Shown here: positions 10,053 to 17,686 of the stretch, piece after piece
Layout of the letters: each line of letters opens with the position of its first letter
Numbering within the stretch: the stretch's first letter is position 1
Assembly: GCA_049516875.1 (NCBI GenBank)
Contig: JBEKSS010000003.1
Coordinates: 1-64,000 of the forward strand
Direction of reading: 5' to 3'
Length of the DNA stretch: 64,000 bases
Source of the DNA: Candidatus Bathyarchaeia archaeon
GTDB lineage: Archaea > Thermoproteota > Bathyarchaeia > Bathyarchaeales > Bathycorpusculaceae
The notes under the pieces: model-generated
What the model was told of the DNA's origin: nothing
The model's database searches: none
Seen by the model: the letters and a program-made list of their open reading frames with translations, nothing else
Program-made: the position numbers and the translations under genes

Positions 10053-10910
10053 TCATGTTTCTACTTTCTTTATCTCTTCAAATATTTCGTCAATCTTACC
10101 GCTAAGTGTTCTCTTGTAGGTATTTACTAGGGCAATCAGTTCATCAAGTCTGTTTTTGCAGGTTGTTCTGAGACTATCTGCAATTCTCGAGATTGCATCT
10201 ATGGATTCTATGTTTTTCTGAAGTTCCAAGCAATGATTGTTTATTTTAGTAATGACTTTACCGAGTTCTTCTCCTTTCAGTTCTTTCTTCTTCATTGAGT
10301 CTAATTCAGCTACTTTCTTAATCACATAGAAGGCGAAAAGATGCCCAGACCAATTCAGTTCACTGTTGACAACAAAGACTGCTGTTCTATTCATTTCAGT
10401 CTTGAGGTTAATACAGCCTGAGCACTTTGTTATCCCAGAACGCATAGAGACAAAGATGCCATAACGTGTTCCACGTCTCTCCATATCTCTCCAGAATTTA
10501 TCAATCTCTTGAGAAGGAACTGTTCCTTTGTAATCCTTAAGTTCAATCATAACGGGTATCTTAGTATCAGAAGTGGTAGCTAGAATATCAGTATACTTCC
10601 CTATTCCTGAAACATCCTCAAACGAGTCGTCCATGAAGTGTTCTTGAAGACTTCGGAAGATTGTTTCTACTGTAATCTCTCCTTTCTTTGCTGGTGTTGC
10701 TATGGTTGGGATAATTAACTTCAATTGCTCCCTTATCATCTCAATGTCTGACTTCAGTGGTGCAAAGAAATCCTCTATTGTCTCCTTTCGTGTTCCTATT
10801 GATGCGTGAGAGACAACCATCTCTCCAAGAATGATATATTTTTCAATAATCTCATCTCTTCGAGTGGCTGGAACCCCCTCAACAATTTCTATGGCTCTAG
10901 GGTCTGTCAA
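10053..10910 (-). CDS. Restriction-endonuclease-like PD-(D/E)XK protein with coiled coils
   Basis: KKGE...TDIL...VMIELKDY...EIDKFWRDM. An upstream ATG near 10954 is out of frame across an A7 run. Confidence 0.6.
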   Translation of the reverse strand: MTDPRAIEIVEGVPATRRDEIIEKYIILGEMVVSHASIGTRKETIEDFFAPLKSDIEMIREQLKLIIPTIATPAKKGEITVETIFRSLQEHFMDDSFEDVSGIGKYTDILATTSDTKIPVMIELKDYKGTVPSQEIDKFWRDMERRGTRYGIFVSMRSGITKCSGCINLKTEMNRTAVFVVNSELNWSGHLFAFYVIKKVAELDSMKKKELKGEELGKVITKINNHCLELQKNIESIDAISRIADSLRTTCKNRLDELIALVNTYKRTLSGKIDEIFEEIKKVET

Positions 10911-11096
10911 TGTCAGATTTAACTTTTTTTCTTAACAGAGAGTGAGACTGTCATGTTCTCACGGATAAAGTACCAGTTGATTCAACTTATAGTTTATGAA
11001 TGACAGATAAGAATCAAAGGTTATGCTTCATGGGAAATGCAAAACACAGAAATCTTAAGTCTGCACAGAAACAGAAGACAAACTAGGGGTCCAAAA

Positions 11097-11597
11097 ATGA
11101 GTGAAAAGAAAATGGTTAGAAGAAATGTCGCTGTTGCACTTGGAATAATCTGCGTCATATTGATAGCTGCATTAGGTGTGGCGATGAGTGAGGCTTTCTA
11201 TTCGAGTTCACGAGTGGCTGACCTTACCAATACTCTTAATCTAGGAAAAACTGAGGTTTGGGTGATGGAGAAAAACTATTATCAACTGCCGAGTAATTAC
11301 ACTGATTGGACATTCTCCATCAACGTTTCGGGTTACGTTCTAGTCTCCTTGGTAACCCTTGGTAACGTATACGTCCGAGTAATCTACAATGCTTCTGTCC
11401 CCGTTGGTATCGTGGATGGTACGCTATTCGACTATGGCACATTTTATAATTATCAATATGATTCCCAGATAACTGTCAGTGGTCGCGGAACAGCAGTTTT
11501 TCCAGTCTTGCCCTCTTCAAACATTGAAATCAGAATCGGCAACACATATACGTTTGGTGGGTCAGGTGAAACCGTATCAATAATATACTACTACTAA
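11097..11597 (+). CDS. Hypothetical membrane-anchored protein
   Basis: MSEKKMVRRNVAVALGIICVILIAAL anchor, beta-rich C-terminus, T-rich tract after the stop. Confidence 0.7.
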   Translation: MSEKKMVRRNVAVALGIICVILIAALGVAMSEAFYSSSRVADLTNTLNLGKTEVWVMEKNYYQLPSNYTDWTFSINVSGYVLVSLVTLGNVYVRVIYNASVPVGIVDGTLFDYGTFYNYQYDSQITVSGRGTAVFPVLPSSNIEIRIGNTYTFGGSGETVSIIYYY

Positions 11598-11871
11598 ACC
11601 CGTTCTCTTTTTTCAGTTTAAGCCATGCAGTACAGAAGGCTCTAGCACGACTCAAAGCGCGTGCGACGTTTTACATCAGACTCAGAAGAATGTATCCATA
11701 ACGTCTAACAAAAGAGGGCCTAAAGCACCTACCTTCTACACATCAAATAGGTCACTCATTTAAAGCCCATACATTTGCTGTTGACTTGTATTCCATATCC
11801 GTATAAAAACGGGGTTTGCAAATACTAGTAAGGGGCATCTGAAAGCTACAAACACAATACCCAAAACATCA

Positions 11872-12110
11872 CAGGGTACCATCATAGATTTTGCATGGCA
11901 ACTTAAGAAAGATGGGTTAAGCGATACGACCATTAGGAATTATTCGCTGTCATTGGAAATGTTGGTGAAGAGAGGCGCTGATATCTTCGATCCAGATTCC
12001 ATTAAGGCTGTCATTGCATCTCAGAAATCGAGTAATGCTACTAAGGTACAGGTCATTGCTGCTTACAAGAAGTTTGCTGTTATCAATAACATCTCATGGA
12101 CTCCACGCAT
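11872..12110 (+). pseudogene. N-terminal (core-binding) fragment of a tyrosine integrase
   Basis: IIDFAWQLKKDGLSDTTIRNYS..LEMLVKRGADIFDPDSIKAVIA...AYKKF...SWTP resembles archaeal integrase N-termini; similarity ends at GCGCGCTA (12111). Confidence 0.7.
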
Positions 12111-12285
12111 GCGCGCTAGAAGATGGATTAATTTATGGATATCATGATGACCATTTGACTAGGCTTCAAGCGATACTTCTATTACAGAGGTTGAATAAGT
12201 TCGGTCTAGTTGAAGGATTTAAGGGAACTCAAAGTCATTTTGGAAAATCAACCATTAAGTTTGTAGAATAAGAAGGTGAGAAAAG

Positions 12286-12441
12286 ATGAGCGAGAGAAGA
12301 TACAACAGAAGTAAAAACTACAGATGTCCATCATGTAGTCTAGAATTCAAGAGTGAGGGAGTACCTGGACACTGTCCACGATGTCACTCTGTAATTGAGA
12401 TTAAAGAAAATAATAGGAGATCCCAGCGCGCGCGCTATTAG
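12286..12441 (+). CDS. Small zinc-ribbon protein (51 aa, CPSC...CPRC), below the ORF-track cutoff
   Basis: AAGGTGA RBS then MSERRYNRSKNYRCPSCSLEFKSEGVPGHCPRCHSVIEI; the last codons run through the GCGCGC junction. Confidence 0.6.
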   Translation: MSERRYNRSKNYRCPSCSLEFKSEGVPGHCPRCHSVIEIKENNRRSQRARY

Positions 12442-12482
12442 TGGTACTGAAAAAGCATTAAGCTCAAGCGCGCCAAAGAGGA

Positions 12483-12683
12483 TTAGGGCCGTCTTTGTAT
12501 GAGTATCCTGTCTATTTTTCCTTCTGCTAGTTGTTCCTGCAACTCTTTGACGAAGCTGTAGAATTCGTCTGGAAACATGGCGGCTTCTGTGTTCATGTCG
12601 AACGTTTTTGTCTGGGCCACCGTGTTGGCGTAAAGGCCGTTCTTAATTCCTTCCACACTAACCCGTACCATACCATCAGCCAT
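12483..12683 (-). CDS. Small hypothetical protein
   Basis: 66-aa ORF with a TATA-like element upstream, between junction motifs. Confidence 0.55.
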   Translation of the reverse strand: MADGMVRVSVEGIKNGLYANTVAQTKTFDMNTEAAMFPDEFYSFVKELQEQLAEGKIDRILIQRRP

Positions 12684-12738
12684 AGAAAGAAGAAAGGAAG
12701 ATAGATTATATACATATCTAACAAGTCAAGGCGCGCTA

Positions 12739-12936
12739 CTATTTCATTATTGATTGTACTCTGCCGACTTTGCCGTCTGTCAGTCGTACCTTGATTCCGT
12801 GGGGGTGAGTTGAGCTGTTGGTGAGGATATTCTTGACGATGCCCTCAGTTAATTTGCCGTTGCGTTGGTCCTGCTTCAAGACGATTCTTACGCGGATACC
12901 AGGATTGATTTGGCTCCTCTGCTGATTAGGTTGCAT
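12739..12936 (-). CDS. YwbE/DUF2196 family protein
   Basis: IVLKQDQRNGKLTEGIVKNILTNSSTHPHGIKVRL..GKVGRV signature. Confidence 0.9.
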   Translation of the reverse strand: MQPNQQRSQINPGIRVRIVLKQDQRNGKLTEGIVKNILTNSSTHPHGIKVRLTDGKVGRVQSIMK

Positions 12937-13079
12937 TTCCGATAATAGGTGCTTCGCGGCTTATAGTGTATTCGCACTGCTTATCCAAAACGATGAATTG
13001 GTGCCGAGGGCAAGCGCGCGCACATATTAAGCCGCACCAACAAATACGATTCATATGTTTGCGGAGATGAACGGCAGGC

Positions 13080-13310
13080 ATGAATATGTGGAAGTGGCTT
13101 TCAGCATTATGTGCGTTTCAATTCATAGTAATGGTCATTGCAGTTTCTTTGTTTTACTATCCATTAAGAATTCAACTAATGCAATTGTCGGATTTCTTAT
13201 TCGGCATAGGGCTTTCAGTGGCGATATTTCTAATAGGCACACCCCTCTTTTGGTTGCGGGGAACAGAAGCGGATAAACGCCATCGTATGAAGACTAAAGA
13301 TGATATCTGA
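13080..13310 (+). CDS. Small membrane protein
   Basis: Two hydrophobic helices. Confidence 0.5.
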   Translation: MNMWKWLSALCAFQFIVMVIAVSLFYYPLRIQLMQLSDFLFGIGLSVAIFLIGTPLFWLRGTEADKRHRMKTKDDI

Positions 13311-13323
13311 ATGCCTAAGAAGA

Positions 13324-14118
13324 TCAAACTTTGTCCAGAATAGCGCGCACTGTTTCCGCCGGAATATTCTTTTTCACTAGGATCGGAATGAGTAAGCCGT
13401 ACGCTGAGATGAATATGAGTGGCGTGTGAAGGATCAAATTCCATAAGGTATAGCCTGGCATCATAAAAAATGACATGGCGTTAAACACACCGATTACCAG
13501 ACCAACGAAACTTGTGGTTCTTAGAACAAACATGTTTACCTTTGGATAGATTAGGGTTAGGATGGCTATTATGAGGGGCGTGGTGGGACAGTACATCACT
13601 CCGAAGGAAGATGTGAGTACCAACAAAGGATTGAAGTCTGGATTCAGGCTAGCGTTTATCGGAGACCAAAAAGCCAGGAAAACAAAGGGCAAAACCCAGT
13701 ATCTCCAAGCGGGGAGCCTCTCAAAAGTATACTCGTTATGAGGTCTGTAGACTTCCCACATCCAGAACAGACCCACGACAAAAATAGGGACCAAATTACC
13801 TGTTATCACGGCAAGCCCATAGTGTTCAGTCACAGCGATGTGATTACTGAAAGCAAAGAAGAAGAACAGGATTCCGAAAAAGGCGTCGGTAACTCTGCCT
13901 ATTCTCGATCCGTATAGATACAAGGCTATGAGAAGTACAATAGTGATAACGTGAATTATTGGACTGAGCCACAGGTACGCAGCAGAGGTTTGTATCAGGA
14001 CGTCTTTAATCACAAGTGAGCTGTCTTGCGGAGAGAAAGGCACAGCAGCAAAAGATGGAAGAAATACGCAACCCAAAAGCAGTACAAGAATTAGTATGGT
14101 CTTTCTGCTTTCCTTCAT
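13324..14118 (-). CDS. Polytopic membrane protein of unknown function
   Basis: About 8 hydrophobic segments; TAGCGCGC falls within the last codons. Confidence 0.7.
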   Translation of the reverse strand: MKESRKTILILVLLLGCVFLPSFAAVPFSPQDSSLVIKDVLIQTSAAYLWLSPIIHVITIVLLIALYLYGSRIGRVTDAFFGILFFFFAFSNHIAVTEHYGLAVITGNLVPIFVVGLFWMWEVYRPHNEYTFERLPAWRYWVLPFVFLAFWSPINASLNPDFNPLLVLTSSFGVMYCPTTPLIIAILTLIYPKVNMFVLRTTSFVGLVIGVFNAMSFFMMPGYTLWNLILHTPLIFISAYGLLIPILVKKNIPAETVRAILDKV

Positions 14119-14318
14119 AAGCTCATCAAGGCAACTATAACTACGCCCGCGTTTAAAAGTCAAACTTGACGAGGAACGCAATAATCAAGCACACGCGCGC
14201 CTCACAAACATTACACTCATTTTCATATGCTTAACATCGAGCGTGCTTCATGCTGGAATCACAAAAACATTAATCTGCTCGAATATCCACGAAAGGGTTT
14301 TTGCGGAGCTAAAATAGT

Positions 14319-14615
14319 TCATTCAGATCCGAAAGATGTTTGTGAACGTTGCAGTGCACCGTTCTCATCTTTCCTTCTTCGTCTTCGCCGGGCATTGAGA
14401 AACAGAGCTAATTCCACTATAAGGAAGACTATTATCACAGAAGTCACGAGTACTGGAATTACGTAGGGGGCCCAAACGCATGGGATTTTCACTTGTCCAA
14501 ACAGGGGCAACTCCCAGACAACCCACATGTTGGAGAAAGCATCCACGTAGATGCCGTAGATGTTTTGGATCGAAGAGTCAAAAAGAACGATCCTCGCGTC
14601 GTTACTGTGGTTCAA
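14319..14615 (-). pseudogene. Probable 5'-truncated membrane-protein gene fragment
   Basis: TM helix plus basic tail (LALFLNARRRRRR); the protein-like part starts immediately at the TAGCGCACGCGCTA junction. Confidence 0.45.
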
Positions 14616-14665
14616 TAGCGCACGCGCTAAGAGATTTCGTAAGACCGGGCTGGGTTCGTCCGTAG

Positions 14666-14768
14666 CGGGCGGGGTGGGATTTGAACCCACGACCACCAAC
14701 TTAGGAGGCTGGTGCTCTATCCGTGCTGAGCTTCGGTAGAGAGCTAATTAGACTCCCTCTACCCGCCC
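14666..14768 (-). tRNA. tRNA-Arg(CCT) with a 28-nt intron at position 9/10 (intron 14732-14759)
   Basis: Spliced sequence GGGCGGG TA GCTC AGCACGGATA GAGC A CCAGC CT-CCT-AA GTTGG TGGTC GTGGG TTCAAAT CCCAC CCCGCCC G folds as a cloverleaf; the intron boundary forms a BHB-like motif. Confidence 0.88.
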
Positions 14769-15559
14769 ATATTTTCCCGCCCACTATTTCCCAAGTTTTC
14801 CAGCGTTATTACTGCAACATTTGGGCCATGGAGTAATCTTGAGTATTGAGATTTATATTTCTGAATGGTTACGATAACAGTTTCGTTGAACCCCGATTTT
14901 TGGTAATCCCTGATTTTCTGATTCAACTCTCTTGCCCTTTGTTCTACATCATGCCAATACGTGGCCTCCAGTATTACGCGGTCTATTGTGAAGTCAGGAA
15001 GATAGAACCTATTTTCACAGTTTACGAGTTGCTCGTATTCAAATCTGACGCTATTCTCCGTGAGTATCTTTGCTACATCTAATTCCAAAGGATTGCGGTA
15101 TTTTTGGTTGTGATATTTGTACTTGTATTTCAGAGAATGTTTGATTTTCGCTTGTTGCATCTGATGATATTCATACGGCTTGTTGATCTTCATCTGAGTG
15201 TGCCAGTTCCGTGATCCAACTCTCCCTCCTCTGCACTTCCAAGAGTGCTGTTGCTGCGCGTATTTTGGATCGAAGAAACCGTGCCCACTCTTTTTGGTGT
15301 TGAAACCGCCTAAGCGTCGGCCCCAATTGTCCTTTCTGAGCCCAGTCAGAGAGGTTCTGAACTTCCCGCACTCTGAGAAAGTCGCGACAAGCTTCTGGAA
15401 AACCCTGTAATGCATCAAATATTTCTCGTCGCGCCAGTCTCGCACAGTACTGGACCCAATGCCAAGTTTGGACGCCATGTTTTTCCAAGACGTTCCGTAC
15501 AGATCTCTTGCAAAGAGTATCAATTCTCTTTGTTTTCCTTCGGTGAATATGCATCGCAT
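14759..15559 (-). CDS. Free-standing putative homing-type endonuclease (HTH + basic linker + PD-(D/E)XK/Vsr-like domain)
   Basis: SWKNMASKLGIGSSTVRDWR HTH; NWGRRLGG and CRGGRVG linker; LELDVAKIL...FEYEQ...FYLPDFTI..VILEATYWHD nuclease motifs. Confidence 0.7.
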   Translation of the reverse strand: MRCIFTEGKQRELILFARDLYGTSWKNMASKLGIGSSTVRDWRDEKYLMHYRVFQKLVATFSECGKFRTSLTGLRKDNWGRRLGGFNTKKSGHGFFDPKYAQQQHSWKCRGGRVGSRNWHTQMKINKPYEYHQMQQAKIKHSLKYKYKYHNQKYRNPLELDVAKILTENSVRFEYEQLVNCENRFYLPDFTIDRVILEATYWHDVEQRARELNQKIRDYQKSGFNETVIVTIQKYKSQYSRLLHGPNVAVITLENLGNSGRENMGG

Positions 15560-15618
15560 ACTGTTGTCAATTTCAAGAATATTTTTAGCTACTTAAGACT
15601 ATGGTCAGAAGGTACTGA

Positions 15619-15629
15619 CTACTCGCCCA
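15619..15629 (-). repeat. Second copy of the tRNA-Arg 5' end (TGGGCGAGTAG vs TGGGCGGGTAG at 14759-14769)
   Basis: 10/11 match; followed by a GTCAG/CTGAC hairpin and preceded by TATA-like TTAAGTTAAAA about 30-40 nt upstream. Confidence 0.55.
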
Positions 15630-15681
15630 CGCACGCTCAAAACATTAGACGCTTGTGGATTTTAACTTAATGTCACGCTCC

Positions 15682-15697
15682 CGAAAAACTTTAACTA
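15682..15697 (+). promoter_or_regulatory. BRE/TATA promoter of tRNA-Leu
   Basis: CGAAAAAC-TTTAACTA about 30 nt upstream of the tRNA 5' end. Confidence 0.55.
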
Positions 15698-15725
15698 CGA
15701 AGGAACATCAACCTAAGTGGCTAAA

Positions 15726-15842
15726 GCGGGGGTACCCGAGCCAGGTCTAAATAGGCGGGCCAGAAAAAGCCTAAGACAAGGGGGAGGACTTAAGATCCTC
15801 TGGCGAAGGCCTCCGTGGGTTCGAATCCCACCCCCCGCACCA
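15726..15842 (+). tRNA. tRNA-Leu(TAA) with encoded CCA and a 29-nt D-arm intron (15751-15779, position ~22/23)
   Basis: GCGGGGG/CCCCCGC acceptor stem, GAGGA-CT-TAA-GA-TCCTC anticodon arm, long variable arm, GTGGG TTCGAAT CCCAC T-arm; intron with GTCT/AGAC central helix and TAGGC/GCCTA inner helix. Confidence 0.92.
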
Positions 15843-15884
15843 CCTATGGTGAAAACGACGGGGGGTTTGTCCAGAAGCCTAGTT

Positions 15885-16080
15885 TCAGTATTTCCGTTTC
15901 CTGAAGACTTTGTGGCCTTCATAGTCGCAGACATAATCGAACCCTGCGTCTATTAGCGCACACACGTCGGTTTCAGTTTTGGCAACTTTGGAAACGTATT
16001 CTTGTTGATCTTTGAAAAGTCCTTCGGCAAGTTGGACATACATAAGCGTGTTCTTGATGCTTTTGTGGCCGAGTGTCTGC
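15885..16080 (-). pseudogene. C-terminal fragment of a tyrosine integrase
   Basis: QTLGHKSIKNTLMY (box II His and catalytic Tyr); 5' part lost at the GCGCGCGCG run at 16082; converges on tRNA-Leu. Confidence 0.85.
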
Positions 16081-16179
16081 AGCGCGCGCGGCGTCACAAT
16101 TTTCACAAAAATTACGATCCTTCTAGTGCGTCTAGTTAATTATCTAGCGCGCGAGCCGAGAAATAAGCGCGCCTATGCT

Positions 16180-16761
16180 TCAAGATGCCAGCCGTTTGAT
16201 TTGGTCATGCCGGAAGCAGTGGACGAGATGATCATTCACCATGCCCACGGCCTGCATAAAGGCATAACAGATCGTGGGTCCGACGAACTTGAACCCCCTC
16301 TTTTTCAGCTCCCTGCTCATCGCCCTCGACTCCTCGGATTCTGCCGGCAGATTTGAGAAATCTCTAAGAGCATGGTTGATCGTTCTTCCCTGAACGAACT
16401 TCCAAATGAACGCGTCGAAGGAACCGAATTCTTTCCTAACTTCTCTGAACCGGCCTGCATTGTTGATGGCCGCCAGAATCTTCGCCCTGTTCCGAATCAC
16501 GCCTGGATCGTTCATCAAGCGCTCCACGTCTTCATCCATGTATCGGGCTATCTTCTCCGGGTTGAAATTGTCGAAGGCTTTTCTCAGAGCCACTCTTCTC
16601 TTGAGTATGAGCTCCCACGTTAACCCTGCCTGGAACCCTTCGAGCGTTAGAAACTCAAACAGCGTCCTATCATCATGAACCGGAGTTCCCCACTCCTCAT
16701 CATGATACTTAACGTAAAGCGGGTTATCCGTGTCCCAGCATCTAATCGGCTTCTTTTCCAT
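16180..16761 (-). CDS. tag: DNA-3-methyladenine glycosylase I
   Basis: RCW...YHDEEWG.P..DD..LFE.L.LEGFQAGL.W, IRNRAKI, FKFVGPT..YAFMQAVG.VNDH...C. Confidence 0.95.
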   Translation of the reverse strand: MEKKPIRCWDTDNPLYVKYHDEEWGTPVHDDRTLFEFLTLEGFQAGLTWELILKRRVALRKAFDNFNPEKIARYMDEDVERLMNDPGVIRNRAKILAAINNAGRFREVRKEFGSFDAFIWKFVQGRTINHALRDFSNLPAESEESRAMSRELKKRGFKFVGPTICYAFMQAVGMVNDHLVHCFRHDQIKRLAS

Positions 16762-16925
16762 AGTTTACAATGGTCCCGCTGGAGATTTAAACTTCTTGAG
16801 GCATCTGAAATCACAGAAAGACTATCGAAAATACCCAACTAGCGCGCGTGCCTGCCGCAATTCTTAATATTCAAAAGTACTAATTACCGCAGCAGAAGAG
16901 ACATAGCGCGCGCGGCGTACCTGTG

Positions 16926-17291
16926 TTAGCGTTTGGTGTCCTTACCTAGGCTTTTTCTTAGTTGGTCAAGCGTTTCTTTTGGCTTTGGCGCTTGTTCGTG
17001 GAGTTTGGAAATCTTTTCACATTTGTAGTCCTCGCAGTAGGCACAATTCTCGATGTTTCTCTCTTGTCCGCATTTTCTGATCTCGCATATTTTAGTGTAG
17101 TTAAAGACGCGTGTTCCTTTGGTTTGGCAGCCGTCGCAGTTGATGTCTTCTGGCTTGAACGGGTGACCGTACTCTTTTGTCCATAGCTCCGCCACTCTAA
17201 TCCTTTCCGCATCATCATTCGTCTTCGTTGCTACGAAGGTCGGGCAATCAGAACACGTAATTCCACAATAGGCTATGATCTTCTCCATCAA
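16926..17291 (-). CDS. DUF3795 Cys-rich protein
   Basis: IAYCGITCSDCP...CDGC...C.IRKC...NCAYCEDY.C. Confidence 0.85.
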   Translation of the reverse strand: MMEKIIAYCGITCSDCPTFVATKTNDDAERIRVAELWTKEYGHPFKPEDINCDGCQTKGTRVFNYTKICEIRKCGQERNIENCAYCEDYKCEKISKLHEQAPKPKETLDQLRKSLGKDTKR

Positions 17292-17419
17292 GATCCCTCA
17301 GAATAGATTGGCTTGTGCGCAACGCCGCTAATATCTGTAGCGCTCGCTGGGAACGAATAATATTTTTCAGAAAGTCAAAAGACCAAAAATCGGTTGCGAA
17401 GGGCAGTTGCGCGCGCGCT

Positions 17420-17638
17420 CAGATTTGATTTTGGTTTGACACACGAGATAAAACTTTGCCCCCAAACCCCAAAACGTACGACTACTACTCCTATATACTC
17501 TACCCCTATTATCTCTCTGTTACATACAGTTACAATTACAGACAGACAAAGACACAGACAGACACAGACAAACAAAAAGAACGAGCTTTGCGGAAAAGTT
17601 ATAGCTGAACCGAAAGAACCAGTAATCGTGGTGAGAGT
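17420..17638. repeat. Low-complexity, strand-biased non-coding segment with GACA(CA) microrepeats
   Basis: acagacagacaaagacacagacagacacagacaaac; flanked by GCGCGC runs at 17409 and 17641. Confidence 0.6.
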
Positions 17639-17686
17639 TAGCGCGCGCCTTCTATCAGTCTGTTTGAGCCAGTTTTTGGTTTTGCG

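Noticed and set aside
10920-10935. Programmed -1 frameshift
   Set aside because: The A run is not phased as a canonical X XXY YYZ heptamer and I saw no clear stimulatory structure. It is kept only as a possible slippage or error site.
14732-15619. One large ORF-containing tRNA intron spliced from the upstream GGGCGAGTA exon
   Set aside because: The upstream copy forms only 2 of 4 central BHB pairs with the 3' splice site and would put an A-C mismatch in the acceptor stem. The proximal 5' exon fits better.
14616-15956. ORF-track entries overlapping the tRNAs (5' part of 14319-14699, 15713-15934, 15717-15956)
   Set aside because: They are translations of tRNA and att sequence, not proteins.
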